A stretch of DNA of 59,628 bases from an uncultured Clostridia bacterium (GCA_944386345.1 CALXAR010000003.1:1-59628); one strand, 5' to 3'. Shown: positions 19,743-30,339, numbered from the stretch's first letter. The notes: generated from the sequence alone by a model not told the origin. A program made the numbers and translations.

Positions 19743-21029
19743 ATGACTAAAGTTTTTAAATGGGGTGTTGTAGTTTTTGTAATTATGGTAGTTTTAATTG
19801 TTGGAGGACTAGTACTTGTAAACTTGTTTTCAAATCTTGAGATTCCAAATCTAACTTCACAAAGAATGGATTTGGGAAAGGCAGAAAACTCTAAAGAGGT
19901 TACAGAATATTATGAAATTTATACTCAAAAATTAGACTCAGAAGAATTTATAGATTTGAAAGTAAATTCATTTATTGACAATTTAGTTAAAGAATTTAAA
20001 AATAACAATAAAAATGAGAAGCCTTTATTTAATAAGGATAAGGCTGTGCTTAAGCAAGTTATAGATACATACAAAGTTAATGACGATTTGATGGGAGTAA
20101 AAATAACAAGTATTGCTAAAAATCTGTTTGAGGACAATTATAGCACAAGTATTTATACATATAATTTTAGTAAAGAAGATGAGAGTTTAATTACACTTGA
20201 TGAATTATTTGATAATAGATATAAAGAGGTTATACCTGATGGTAGCTATGATAACTATTTACTTACATCAGATGGAATAGAACTATACAATAAGCAGTAT
20301 AAAAGTACTATTGAGTATAATACTTTACTAGAATATAATGCTTCAAATAAGATATCTGCACAAAACTATCAAATTAGCCAAGAAGAATATGATAACATGT
20401 TTAAATCAAATGTTGATAAAAATAAAAAAATGGTGGCAATAACATTTGATGATGGACCTCATGCAACTAATACTCTAAAAATACTTGATATACTTGACAG
20501 ATATGATGCTAAAGCAACCTTTTTTATGCTTGGTTCAAACGTTATAAATTATCAAGATGTAGTTAAGTCAGTATATGAAAGAGGCAACGAAATTGGAATA
20601 CATACATGGAATCATAATGATCTTACAAAGCTATCTTCAGACAAGATACTTAGTGAAATAGACTCTACTTCTACTGCTATATTTAATATAACAGGACAAA
20701 GACCAAAGCTTGTTAGACCACCATATGGGGCTGTAAATAGTGTAGTAAAATCAACTCTATGTGATTATACATTAATACTTTGGAATATAGATTCGCTTGA
20801 TTGGAAAAGTAGAGATGAGAATAAAATAGTTCCTCTTGTTATGAATGATGTTCAAGATGGAGATATTATCTTACTACATGATATCCATGCTACAACAGTA
20901 CCAGCTGTAGAAAAAATAGTAAAAGCTTTAGATGAATCGGGATATCAAATGGTAACAGTTTCAGAGCTTTTAGATGCTAAAGGATATGATACTACAAGTA
21001 CCAAATTATTTTATAGCGCAAGACAATAA
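19743..21029 (+). CDS. Membrane-anchored polysaccharide (peptidoglycan) deacetylase, PgdA-like
   Basis: TFDDGP, HTWNH, RPPYG, DSLDW, LLHD CE4 motifs; N-terminal TM. Confidence 0.92.
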   Translation: MTKVFKWGVVVFVIMVVLIVGGLVLVNLFSNLEIPNLTSQRMDLGKAENSKEVTEYYEIYTQKLDSEEFIDLKVNSFIDNLVKEFKNNNKNEKPLFNKDKAVLKQVIDTYKVNDDLMGVKITSIAKNLFEDNYSTSIYTYNFSKEDESLITLDELFDNRYKEVIPDGSYDNYLLTSDGIELYNKQYKSTIEYNTLLEYNASNKISAQNYQISQEEYDNMFKSNVDKNKKMVAITFDDGPHATNTLKILDILDRYDAKATFFMLGSNVINYQDVVKSVYERGNEIGIHTWNHNDLTKLSSDKILSEIDSTSTAIFNITGQRPKLVRPPYGAVNSVVKSTLCDYTLILWNIDSLDWKSRDENKIVPLVMNDVQDGDIILLHDIHATTVPAVEKIVKALDESGYQMVTVSELLDAKGYDTTSTKLFYSARQ

Positions 21030-21037
21030 AATATAAG

Positions 21038-21065
21038 GTTCAACTAAATTTTAGTTGAACTTTTT
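21038..21065 (+). terminator. Intrinsic terminator
   Basis: GTTCAACTAA-att-TTAGTTGAAC plus T run. Confidence 0.8.
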
Positions 21066-21130
21066 GTTGTCTTTTTTGTTTATTTATTATTTTTTTTATA
21101 GTATAATATAAAGAGTTTGAGGAGATAGAG

Positions 21131-23101
21131 ATGGCAAAAAAAGTAATAATTACAGAAAAACCAAGTGTAGCAATGGAATTTGCAAAAGCTTTAAAAATAA
21201 ACGTTAATAGAAAAGATGGATATATAGAATCAGACGATTGGATAATTACTTGGTGTGTAGGTCACCTAGTAACGATGAGTTATCCTGAAGCATATGATGA
21301 GAATCTAAAGATATGGAGACTTGATACTTTGCCTTTTCTTCCAAAGGAGTGGAAGTATGAGATAATTCCTAATGTCCAAAAACAGTTTAACATAGTTAAG
21401 GAATTGCTTCAAAGAGAGGATATAGATATTATATATAATGCTGGAGACTCTGGGCGAGAGGGAGAATATATTCAAAGACTAGTATTTATGATGGCAAAAC
21501 CAAATCCAAAAGCCAAAATAAAAAGAGTGTGGATTGATTCTCAAACAGAGGAGGAGATTTTAAGAGGAATTAAAGAGGCAAAAGATTTAAAAGAATACGA
21601 TAGTTTATCAGATGCAGCATATTTAAGAGCAAAAGAGGACTATCTAATCGGAATAAATTTTTCTAGGCTATTATCTTTAATGTATGCTAAAAGGGTAGCT
21701 AAAGCTATGAATGAAGAAAGAGCAGTTATATCTATTGGAAGAGTTATGACTTGTGTTTTAGGCTTGGTAGTAAATAGGGAAAGGGAAATACAGAATTTTA
21801 AGAAGGTTAATTTCTATAAAATACAAGGAACCTTTTTTAAAGATTCAGATATTATTGGAGACTTTAAAGTAATGGAAGGCTCTAGTGTCTTTGAATCACC
21901 AAGACTATATAATGAGTCGGGATTTAAGAAAAAAGAAGACGCCATAAGATTTATTGAATATCTAAAAAAACAAGATAGTGCAGTTGTTGATAGTATAACA
22001 AAAAAGAAGATAAAAGAAAATCCACCATTATTATTTAATTTAGCAGAAGCTCAAAATGAATGTACAAGGCGTTTTAAAATAAGTCCAGATGAGACTTTAC
22101 AGACAATTCAAAGCTTATATGAAAAAAAGCTTGTTACGTATCCTAGAACAGATGCTAGAGTATTATCTAGTGCTGTTGCAAAAGAAATAACTAAGAATTT
22201 GAATGGACTAGCAAAATTAAATATAAGTGACGAAATAAATGAAATTATAAAAAATATGTCTGAAAGAAAATATAGTACTAAACTTGAGAAGACGAAATAT
22301 GTAGATGATAGCAAAATAACAGATCACTATGCAATAATTCCAACAGGACAAGGAAAAGAGAATATTTCTAAGCTAAGTAAACTAGAAAAAAATGTGTATG
22401 AATTAATTGTAAAGAGGTTTTTAGCTATTTTTTATCCTGCAGCAGAATATAATAGAATATCAGTAAAGCTAAAGGTAAAAAATGAGACTTTTCTTGCAAA
22501 TGGAAGGGAATGCTCTAAACTTGGATATTTAGAAGTATATAAAAATGAAAAGAATATAAAGAATACAAATAGTGAAGAAAAGGAAAAAGATGAAGATGAG
22601 ACTACTAACGAAAATATAGCTTTACTATCAAGTCTTAAAAAGAATGATGTGCTTAATATAAAAGGATATAATATAAAGACAGGAGAGACAAAACCACCTA
22701 AGAGATATAATTCTGGTACAATGATTTTGGCAATGGAAAATGCAGGTAAACTTATAGAAGATGAGGAGCTTAGAGAGCAGATAAAGGGAAGTGGAATAGG
22801 AACAAGTGCAACTAGAGCTGAGATAATTAAAAAACTAGAAAGAATTGATTATATTAAAGCAAATCCTAAAACACAAATATTAACACCGACTAAAAGAGGA
22901 GAAGTTGTCTATGATATAGTTTTAAATACTATGCCAGATATATTAAATCCAGAGCTTACTGCAAGTTGGGAAAAAGGACTCTCAATGGTAGAACAAAAGC
23001 AAATTTCAGCTGATGAGTTTATGACAAAACTAGAAAAATATGTAAGAAGCAAAGTTGTGAAATTTAAAAAAATAAGAAATGAGTATTTGTATGGTTATTA
23101 A
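21131..23101 (+). CDS. topB: Type IA DNA topoisomerase (topoisomerase III-like)
   Basis: EKPSVA, TWCVGHL, DSGREGE, SIGRVMT, TYPRTD active-site Tyr, GIGTSATRA. Confidence 0.88.
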   Translation: MAKKVIITEKPSVAMEFAKALKINVNRKDGYIESDDWIITWCVGHLVTMSYPEAYDENLKIWRLDTLPFLPKEWKYEIIPNVQKQFNIVKELLQREDIDIIYNAGDSGREGEYIQRLVFMMAKPNPKAKIKRVWIDSQTEEEILRGIKEAKDLKEYDSLSDAAYLRAKEDYLIGINFSRLLSLMYAKRVAKAMNEERAVISIGRVMTCVLGLVVNREREIQNFKKVNFYKIQGTFFKDSDIIGDFKVMEGSSVFESPRLYNESGFKKKEDAIRFIEYLKKQDSAVVDSITKKKIKENPPLLFNLAEAQNECTRRFKISPDETLQTIQSLYEKKLVTYPRTDARVLSSAVAKEITKNLNGLAKLNISDEINEIIKNMSERKYSTKLEKTKYVDDSKITDHYAIIPTGQGKENISKLSKLEKNVYELIVKRFLAIFYPAAEYNRISVKLKVKNETFLANGRECSKLGYLEVYKNEKNIKNTNSEEKEKDEDETTNENIALLSSLKKNDVLNIKGYNIKTGETKPPKRYNSGTMILAMENAGKLIEDEELREQIKGSGIGTSATRAEIIKKLERIDYIKANPKTQILTPTKRGEVVYDIVLNTMPDILNPELTASWEKGLSMVEQKQISADEFMTKLEKYVRSKVVKFKKIRNEYLYGY

Positions 23102-23165
23102 TTGTTGCTTTTTTATAATTTTATTGTATAATTATATTATGAGAAAATTAAAGGAGAGTTAAATT

Positions 23166-23714
23166 ATGGAATATCAAGAAATAGAAGACAAAATGCAAAA
23201 AGCGGTTGATTATTTATGCGATGAGCTTGCTGCTATTAGAGCAGGTAGAGCAAATCCAGCTATACTTAATAAAATAACAGTAGAATATTATGGTGTACAG
23301 ACTCCATTAAATCAAGTTGGAGCTATTTCTGTGCCAGAAGCAAGACAAATTTTAATTACACCTTGGGATAGATCTCTTATTGGACCAATCACAAAGGCTA
23401 TTCAAGTTGCAGAACTTGGTGTAAATCCAATAAACGATGGTAATGGTGTAAGACTTACATTTCCAGAGCTAAATGAAGAAAGAAGAAGACAAATAGTAAA
23501 AGAAGTAAAGTCTTTAGGTGAGGATGCAAAAGTTGCTATTAGAAATGTAAGAAGAGATGCAATAGATGACGCTAAAAAGTTAAAAAATAATGGAGAAATG
23601 ACAGAAGACGAGCTAAAGAGTTCAGAAGAAAAGATTCAAAAAATAACAGATAAGTATGTTGATAAAGTTGAAAAAGTAATTTCTGAAAAAGAAAAAGAGG
23701 TTATGGAAGTATAA
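23166..23714 (+). CDS. frr: Ribosome recycling factor
   Basis: IRAGRANP, PELNEERR, AKVAIRNVRRD signatures. Confidence 0.97.
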   Translation: MEYQEIEDKMQKAVDYLCDELAAIRAGRANPAILNKITVEYYGVQTPLNQVGAISVPEARQILITPWDRSLIGPITKAIQVAELGVNPINDGNGVRLTFPELNEERRRQIVKEVKSLGEDAKVAIRNVRRDAIDDAKKLKNNGEMTEDELKSSEEKIQKITDKYVDKVEKVISEKEKEVMEV

Positions 23715-23733
23715 TAAGGTAAGGAGAAGAAAA

Positions 23734-24558
23734 TTGAAAGAAGGAATAAAAAGAATAACAACTGGATTTATATTCATGCTAGTTATAATAACTGTACTTG
23801 TTTTAAATAATAAAGTTGTGGACTCAGTGTTTGTTACGCTATTATCACTTGCAGGAGTATATGAATGCAATAAGTGCTTTAAAGAGAAAGGATACCATCC
23901 TATCTCTTTAATAGGATATATAAGTTGTTTGTTTATACTTTTAATAGGTAATGTTAGTTCCCTAGTAATGTCAAAGATATTAATGGTTGCAATACCGGTT
24001 GCGATTATTTTTATGTTTGCATATATAATTATAAAAAAATTAGAAGTTAATATTGTAGATTTAGCAATTACTGTTTTTTCAATAGTATATGTACCATTTT
24101 TATTTTCATTTATAAAGCTATTATTTTTGCAAAATCATGGAAGAATATTAGTAGTTATTGCTTTTGCTTGTGCAATTGCAACAGACACTTTAGCTTATGA
24201 GATTGGTTCAAGATTTGGAAAACATAAGTTGTCACCTGTTGTAAGTCCTAAAAAGAGTATCGAAGGATCTGTTGCTGGAATTGTAGCGGCAATGATTGTA
24301 ACAGCGATTATATGTTTTATAACAAATACATATTTTTCTACAGAATTTAATATAATATTAATGAGTATAATGGGAGCAGTGCTTAGTATTGTAGGTCAAA
24401 TAGGAGATTTGGCAGCATCATCTATAAAAAGGTATTGTGGACAAAAAGATTTTAGTAAGCTGTTACCAGGACATGGCGGAATCTTAGATAGATTTGATAG
24501 TTTAATGTTTATTTCACCAATATTATATGTTTTTATATATATAATTAGTATAATGTAA
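23734..24558 (+). CDS. cdsA: Phosphatidate cytidylyltransferase
   Basis: DTLAY, SPKKSIEG, GDLAASSIKR, KDF..LLPGHGGILDRFDS. Confidence 0.95.
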   Translation: MKEGIKRITTGFIFMLVIITVLVLNNKVVDSVFVTLLSLAGVYECNKCFKEKGYHPISLIGYISCLFILLIGNVSSLVMSKILMVAIPVAIIFMFAYIIIKKLEVNIVDLAITVFSIVYVPFLFSFIKLLFLQNHGRILVVIAFACAIATDTLAYEIGSRFGKHKLSPVVSPKKSIEGSVAGIVAAMIVTAIICFITNTYFSTEFNIILMSIMGAVLSIVGQIGDLAASSIKRYCGQKDFSKLLPGHGGILDRFDSLMFISPILYVFIYIISIM

Positions 24559-24570
24559 GGAGGAAGAATA

Positions 24571-25833
24571 TTGGTTAGTTTTATAATAACTATAGTAAAA
24601 TTGCTAGTAATTATACTTGCAGTTGCAACTATTCATGAGTTTGGACATTTTCTTGCAAGTAAGCTACTTAAAGTAGGTGTTGATGAATTTTCAATTGGAT
24701 TTGGACCTAAAATTGTACAAAAAAAGTTTAGAGGAACTATGTATTCTTTAAGATGGTTGCCTCTTGGAGGATACTGTGCTATAGAAGGAGAAGAAGAAAC
24801 AGAAGAAAATAAAGATAGTGAGTCCTCTTATCAAAGGAAAAATCCATTAGAGAAAATAATAATTCTTTCTATGGGAGTAATATTTAATTTTATATTAGCT
24901 CTTGTGATATTTATTTGTGTATATCTTCCAGGAAATGTTGCTACAACACAGATAAAATCATTTACTGAGGATTCAGTACTACTTGAAGCTGGATTACAAG
25001 AAGATGATAGAATAGTCTCAATTAATGGTAAAGAAGTAGAGCTATATTCACAAATATCAAATTTTGATTTAGATAGTGATGTAAATGATGTTGAAATAGA
25101 ATATGAAAGAGATGGAAATATTTATTCTACATTAGTAAAAGATGCTCAAAGAGTTGAAGGAAAAATTGGTATAAATTTTAAAATTGATGAAAATGGAAAT
25201 TCTACAAATGTAATAGAGTTAACTGGTGCTGGAACAAGTGCTGCAGAAGTTGGATTAAAATCAGGAGATGCTATTTTAACTGTAAATGGTGTTTCTACGC
25301 CAGATGCTTATGCAATTGTAGATGAAATTGAAGACAAAGCTGGCCAAGAGATAACAATGCAGATTCAAAGAGATGATGAAGTAATGGAATTTACAGTAAT
25401 ACCAGAAGCTCAAAAAGTATTTGATCTTGGAATACAGAGCGTTGCTACTACAAAATCTAATATAGGTTATGCTTTTACAGAAACAGTTGAAAATATAAAG
25501 AATATAGTTGGTTCATATGCTGACCTATTTACAGGAAAAGTCTCAATTTCAAATATGTCAGGTATAGTTGGAATTGGAGAAGTTGTTTCTAAGAGCTCAG
25601 GAATATTAAATTTCTTCTATCTAATGGCAATGATTAGTATGGCAGTTGGTGTTGCAAATATCTTACCATTCCCACCACTTGATGGAGGTAAGATTGTAAT
25701 AGTTCTAATTGAAGCAATTACAAGGAAGAAAGTATCTGAAAAAGTAGAGCTTACAATTTCTTATATAGGACTTGGACTATTACTTGCTCTTACATTCTTT
25801 GTAACTGTAAAAGATATTATAAGGATAGTATAG
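24571..25833 (+). CDS. rseP: Site-2 intramembrane metalloprotease with PDZ domains
   Basis: HEFGH, FSIGFGP, NILPFPPLDGG, two PDZ-like regions. Confidence 0.95.
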   Translation: MVSFIITIVKLLVIILAVATIHEFGHFLASKLLKVGVDEFSIGFGPKIVQKKFRGTMYSLRWLPLGGYCAIEGEEETEENKDSESSYQRKNPLEKIIILSMGVIFNFILALVIFICVYLPGNVATTQIKSFTEDSVLLEAGLQEDDRIVSINGKEVELYSQISNFDLDSDVNDVEIEYERDGNIYSTLVKDAQRVEGKIGINFKIDENGNSTNVIELTGAGTSAAEVGLKSGDAILTVNGVSTPDAYAIVDEIEDKAGQEITMQIQRDDEVMEFTVIPEAQKVFDLGIQSVATTKSNIGYAFTETVENIKNIVGSYADLFTGKVSISNMSGIVGIGEVVSKSSGILNFFYLMAMISMAVGVANILPFPPLDGGKIVIVLIEAITRKKVSEKVELTISYIGLGLLLALTFFVTVKDIIRIV

Positions 25834-25846
25834 GAGGAAAAGTAAA

Positions 25847-26101
25847 ATGGCTGAGTATGTTGTTTTAATATTTGCTGCTATTGCAGTTATAATTGTTGCT
25901 AAATTATTAGCATGGCCAGTAAAAAAGATTTTAAAATTAGCATTAAATGTTGTTTTTGGAGTTATTTTAATTGTGCTTGTAAATACTTTTGGAGGAGCAA
26001 TAGGAATATCAATTCCTTTTAATATTATAACAGCTTTAATTGCTGGTATTTTGGGTGTTCCAGGAGTAATAGCATTAATAGTAATAGGATTTTTTATATA
26101 G
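25847..26101 (+). CDS. bofA: Pro-sigmaK processing inhibitor BofA
   Basis: LALNVVFG..N..G..IPFNIITALIAGILGVPGV signature. Confidence 0.88.
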   Translation: MAEYVVLIFAAIAVIIVAKLLAWPVKKILKLALNVVFGVILIVLVNTFGGAIGISIPFNIITALIAGILGVPGVIALIVIGFFI

Positions 26102-26174
26102 TATTAATATACTAAAAATAGACATATTGTATATTTTTTAGAAAACTTAACCAAAATAATCATAGGTGAAAGTT

Positions 26175-26651
26175 ATGAATAAGAAATATGCAGTATGTCT
26201 TTTTTTTATACTATTTATAACATTTGGAATAGTATATGCTCAGACTCAAAAAGCACAGAGTTCTATTTCAACAACAAAGGCTTCTGGAGATAATATGGTA
26301 GAGCTACTTGCTAGACTCATAAATGGGGAAGCAAGAGGTGAGCCATACATCGGTCAAGTTGCAGTAGGGGCAGTAATAATGAATAGAGTAAAAGATCCAT
26401 CATTTCCAAATACTATAGCAGGAGTTATATATCAGACTGGCCAGTTCTCATGTGTAACAGATGGTCAGTTTAATGTAGAAATTGCAGAAGATTCAACAGT
26501 ATATAAGGCTGCACAGGATGCTATGAATGGAGTGGATCCAACAAATGGTGCCCTTTATTTCTATAATCCTTCAAAAACAAAAAGTAAGTGGCTATTCTCA
26601 CTTAAGACTGTAACTACAATAGGAAAGCATGTATTTGCTGTGGAGGAGTAG
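26175..26651 (+). CDS. sleB: Spore cortex-lytic transglycosylase, SleB-like (catalytic domain only)
   Basis: LLARLINGEARGEPYIGQVAVGAVIMNRV..FPNTI, GALYFYNP, IGKHVF; directly upstream of ypeB. Confidence 0.88.
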   Translation: MNKKYAVCLFFILFITFGIVYAQTQKAQSSISTTKASGDNMVELLARLINGEARGEPYIGQVAVGAVIMNRVKDPSFPNTIAGVIYQTGQFSCVTDGQFNVEIAEDSTVYKAAQDAMNGVDPTNGALYFYNPSKTKSKWLFSLKTVTTIGKHVFAVEE

Positions 26652-26652
26652 C

Positions 26653-28026
26653 ATGTTAGAAAAATTTGAGAAAAAGGTTATAGAAATAAAAAATAGAATT
26701 GGAAGAAAAAATACAGGAATTATATTGTTCTCTTTAGTGTGTATTATAGTTCTTTTTTCAATGATATTATTAAAGAACTTTAAGATAGAAAAGCAGGAAG
26801 TACAAGACTCATATAATAGAGCCATGTATGATTTTGTATCAGATATAAATAATATTGAAAATGAAATGACAAAATTAAAGATAACAAGTAATGATACATA
26901 TACACTGACAACTCTTGCAAGTGTTTTTGCAAAGGCAAATAGTGCAAAATCAAATCTAGATATTCTACCATTTTCAGCTCAGAGTATATCAAATGTATCA
27001 AAATTTTTAAGTCAGCTTAGTGATTTTTCATATTCTTTAATGAGAAATATCTTAAATGGAGATAATATTTCTGAATATAAAGACAATATTGATTCGTTAT
27101 ATGAAAAGATAAGTGAACTGGCAAATGTAGTAGATAAGATATATACAGATTTAACAGCAAATAATATTAGATGGGATGAACTAGAAAAAGTAGGAGATGA
27201 ACAGATAAAAGATAGTAATGCAGAAGAAGAAGTATCTAGTGTAAATTACATAGGAAAGACTTTTACAGAATATGAAGGTATAATTTATGATGGTGCTTTT
27301 TCAAATCATATACTTACAACTAATCCTGCTCTTTTAAGTGGAAATATATTATCTATAGAACAAGCTCAAGAGAAAATAAAAGAAAAATTAGATGTAGAGA
27401 GTATTGAATTTAAAAGTGAGCAAGATGGAAGAATTCCATTATACGTATATGAAGTAAAACTAAAGGAAAGCAATACACTAAAGACGATATATATAACTAA
27501 AGAAGACGGAATAATATATCAGATGATCTCTGATAGAAATGTTACTAATGAGTATATAGATATAGCTCAAGCGGAGCAAAAGGCAATAGAATATATAAAT
27601 AAAGTAGGAATTTATGATATTGTTCCAACATACTATTTAAAATCAGATAATATGGTTACTATATCTTTTGCTGCTGTACAAGAAGACGTAGTTGTTTATT
27701 CTGATTTAATAAAAGTAAAGGTAGCACTTGATAACGGTGAGATAATGACATATGAAGCAAATGGATATGTATATAATCATAAAGAAAGAGATATTACTGC
27801 CACAAAAACAATAGATGAGGCAAGAGATGTATTATATAAAGATTTAGAAATAGAAAACGAAAGACTTTGTATTATTCCTACAGATTCTAAAGATGAAGTA
27901 TTAGTTTATGAGTTTGAAGGAGTTATAGATGACAATAGGTTTCTTGTATATGTTAATGCAAATACTTTAGTAGAAGAGAAGATATATATATTACTTGAGA
28001 CAGAAGGAGGAACTTTGGCAATGTAA
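26653..28026 (+). CDS. ypeB: Germination protein YpeB
   Basis: SKFLSQLSDFS, IIYDGAFS, YSDLIKVKVALDNGEI, PepSY-like C-terminus; follows sleB. Confidence 0.93.
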   Translation: MLEKFEKKVIEIKNRIGRKNTGIILFSLVCIIVLFSMILLKNFKIEKQEVQDSYNRAMYDFVSDINNIENEMTKLKITSNDTYTLTTLASVFAKANSAKSNLDILPFSAQSISNVSKFLSQLSDFSYSLMRNILNGDNISEYKDNIDSLYEKISELANVVDKIYTDLTANNIRWDELEKVGDEQIKDSNAEEEVSSVNYIGKTFTEYEGIIYDGAFSNHILTTNPALLSGNILSIEQAQEKIKEKLDVESIEFKSEQDGRIPLYVYEVKLKESNTLKTIYITKEDGIIYQMISDRNVTNEYIDIAQAEQKAIEYINKVGIYDIVPTYYLKSDNMVTISFAAVQEDVVVYSDLIKVKVALDNGEIMTYEANGYVYNHKERDITATKTIDEARDVLYKDLEIENERLCIIPTDSKDEVLVYEFEGVIDDNRFLVYVNANTLVEEKIYILLETEGGTLAM

Positions 28027-28071
28027 TATTGAAAATTATAGTATTATATGATATATATTAGTTGGTGATAT

Positions 28072-29148
28072 ATGATGTATAAAGAGGTAACAAAAGTTGA
28101 ATGTGATACTAAGGAGCTATTCTCAAAAAGAGATGAAGAAGGATATATCATACTAGATGATAAGATATCTGAGTTTACTCCAGAATCAAGAGAGAGAATC
28201 GGTAGTGAGTTTAGACTTAAAAATTGGATAGAGACAAATGATGGAAAACAATTTTTAGTAAAAAGCAACAATAAAATGGATGATAAAGAAAATTATACAG
28301 AATATGCAGAGCTAATCTCTAGAAAAGTAGCACAAAAGATGGGACTTGAATATGCAAACTATGATATAATGAAATTTAATGGTCAAAAAGGTGTTATAAC
28401 AGAAAATATGTTAAATAAGGATGAATATTTAATTACTCTTCAAGATATAATTGACTCTGAAATAGCACATCCAGACGCTGGAAATACTACAATAGATTAT
28501 CCAAACTTACTTAAATTAATAGATAAAAATCTTAGTTTGCTAGGATATGAGAAAGAAGATATAGACAATATTAAAAAAGAATTTAAAAAAAGAGTAATGT
28601 TTGATAGTATTGTTGGAGCAACAGATAGACATCCTGAAAATATTAGCTTTGTATTAAATACTAAAGATAGTAAATCAATAAAGCTTTCTCCTATTTATGA
28701 TACAGAAAATTCTCTTCTACTTGAAAATGCAAAAGATGTAGTTATAGATTTTGCTTGTTCTCAAGATGGTGGTGCAAGACATGCACGTGACATATATCCT
28801 ATGATCTCATTTATTCCAAATAAAAATGCTGAAGTAGATGAGATAGATATGGCTACATTCGAATTTAGTACGTATTCAAATAAAGAAAATGATTATGAAT
28901 TAGAAGATTTTGCTGGAGAGCAATTAATAGCTCTAAATCCTGATGAGATAATAAAAGAGGTGGAAGATGATATAAATGCACCTTTACCATATGAAGTTAG
29001 CACTGTAGTTAGAACTTGTCTAAAAACTAGAATTAATGAATTTAAAAAAATAATGTGTGGAGAAGTAGAAGTAAATTATGATGAAGATTATATAAGGAGA
29101 GTACAAGATTATTTTGAAAAACAAGCTAGAGATAAAGAAGAAATATAA
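28072..29148 (+). CDS. HipA-like (HipA_C/CtkA-type) Ser/Thr kinase
   Basis: FLVK, YAELIS..VAQKMGL, GVITEN, FDSIVGATDRHPEN catalytic loop, LSPIYD. Confidence 0.8.
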   Translation: MMYKEVTKVECDTKELFSKRDEEGYIILDDKISEFTPESRERIGSEFRLKNWIETNDGKQFLVKSNNKMDDKENYTEYAELISRKVAQKMGLEYANYDIMKFNGQKGVITENMLNKDEYLITLQDIIDSEIAHPDAGNTTIDYPNLLKLIDKNLSLLGYEKEDIDNIKKEFKKRVMFDSIVGATDRHPENISFVLNTKDSKSIKLSPIYDTENSLLLENAKDVVIDFACSQDGGARHARDIYPMISFIPNKNAEVDEIDMATFEFSTYSNKENDYELEDFAGEQLIALNPDEIIKEVEDDINAPLPYEVSTVVRTCLKTRINEFKKIMCGEVEVNYDEDYIRRVQDYFEKQARDKEEI

Positions 29149-29166
29149 TTAATGTTAACATAAAGC

Positions 29167-29195
29167 TTGAAATCAACCTTATAATATGGTATAAT
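29167..29195 (+). promoter_or_regulatory. SigmaA-type promoter with extended -10
   Basis: TTGAAA-17 bp-TATAAT with TG upstream of -10. Confidence 0.7.
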
Positions 29196-29245
29196 ATAAG
29201 AGCAACTAGAATTTAAGAGAAAATAAACGAATGGGGGTTTTGTTT

Positions 29246-29506
29246 ATGAAATATATAGTAAGGTTTAATAATTTATCTATTGGTATATATAATGTAATTA
29301 GTAATAATTGCGTTGAATATGCTGTAGATAAAGATCAACTTAGAAAGTTAGAAAAGGAAGGAATAGAATTAAATCCTATGCTAAAAAAGGATTTTACAGG
29401 AAAAGCTTTTCCTTTCTTTGATAACAGAATTTCTAATAGTAAAAGATTTGAAGATGTCTCAATAGGATATCATACAGATCCTTTTACATTAGAAGAAATC
29501 AAATAA
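29246..29506 (+). CDS. Small protein resembling HipA N-terminal/HipS (Couple_hipA) domain
   Basis: N-terminal strand YIVRFNNLSIG, AFPFFDNRI motif, TDPFTL C-terminus; directly follows HipA-like kinase. Confidence 0.5.
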   Translation: MKYIVRFNNLSIGIYNVISNNCVEYAVDKDQLRKLEKEGIELNPMLKKDFTGKAFPFFDNRISNSKRFEDVSIGYHTDPFTLEEIK

Positions 29507-29618
29507 ATAGAATAGGTTTAAAAATCTATTCTATTTTATTTTGTATTTTAATTGAAAAGAAAAAATTTTTTTGATATAATAAAGCATGTAAATCAAACAA
29601 AGGTTTGAGAGGTGAAAT

Positions 29619-30338
29619 ATGGATTACATTATAATTGATAATAGAATGAGAAATATTGAGAAAAATATGCTTAAGTATCTAGGATATAAGCTTGTGGAAA
29701 TTCAAAAAAGTAATAATGTATATGCAGAGATTTCATCTCATGTAGATATTTTTACTACAAAAATTGATGATGCTTTAATTGTGGAAAAAAGTAAATATGA
29801 AGATTTAGAGTTTTTACTAAAAGACTCCAAGTATAATATTATTTCTGGAAGAGAAGAAGTAGGACTTCATTATCCAGATGATATAAAGTATAATGTATGT
29901 ATTGCTGGAAATTATGCAATACATAATTTTAAGTATACAGATAAAACCATATTAAAAAAACTAAAGCAAAGTGAGTATGAGCTGATAAATGTTGAGCAAG
30001 GTTATACAAATTGTTCTATTGCAGTAATAGATAACTCTAGTGTTATAACTACAGATAAAAAAATTGCAGAAAAGCTAATTGCAAATAACTTTAGTGTGTT
30101 ATTACTTGACTATATACCAGATATAAAACTAAAAGATGAGTATGGTAACTTTAGTAGTATGACTGGATTTATTGGTGGAGCAATAGGAAGAGTTAGAGAT
30201 AATATAATTGTATTTGGAGATTTAAATAAGATAGATAAAGAAAATAAGATAAGGAATTTTATTAAAGCAAGAGATTTAAAGTTAATAGATTTTAAGGGCT
30301 TAGATGTTATAGATTATGGCGGAATTGTAGAGGTGTAA
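29619..30338 (+). CDS. DUF6873-like (GME/pentein fold) clostridial protein
   Basis: SHVD, YPDDIKYN, VEQGYTNCS, ITTD, GFIGG, DYGG conserved pattern. Confidence 0.7.
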   Translation: MDYIIIDNRMRNIEKNMLKYLGYKLVEIQKSNNVYAEISSHVDIFTTKIDDALIVEKSKYEDLEFLLKDSKYNIISGREEVGLHYPDDIKYNVCIAGNYAIHNFKYTDKTILKKLKQSEYELINVEQGYTNCSIAVIDNSSVITTDKKIAEKLIANNFSVLLLDYIPDIKLKDEYGNFSSMTGFIGGAIGRVRDNIIVFGDLNKIDKENKIRNFIKARDLKLIDFKGLDVIDYGGIVEV

Positions 30339-30339
30339 A

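Noticed and set aside
21131-23101. topB as a sign of a conjugative element linked to the VirD4-like gene
   Set aside because: It sits between a deacetylase and frr with its own promoter and no tra genes; chromosomal topoisomerase III is common in Clostridia
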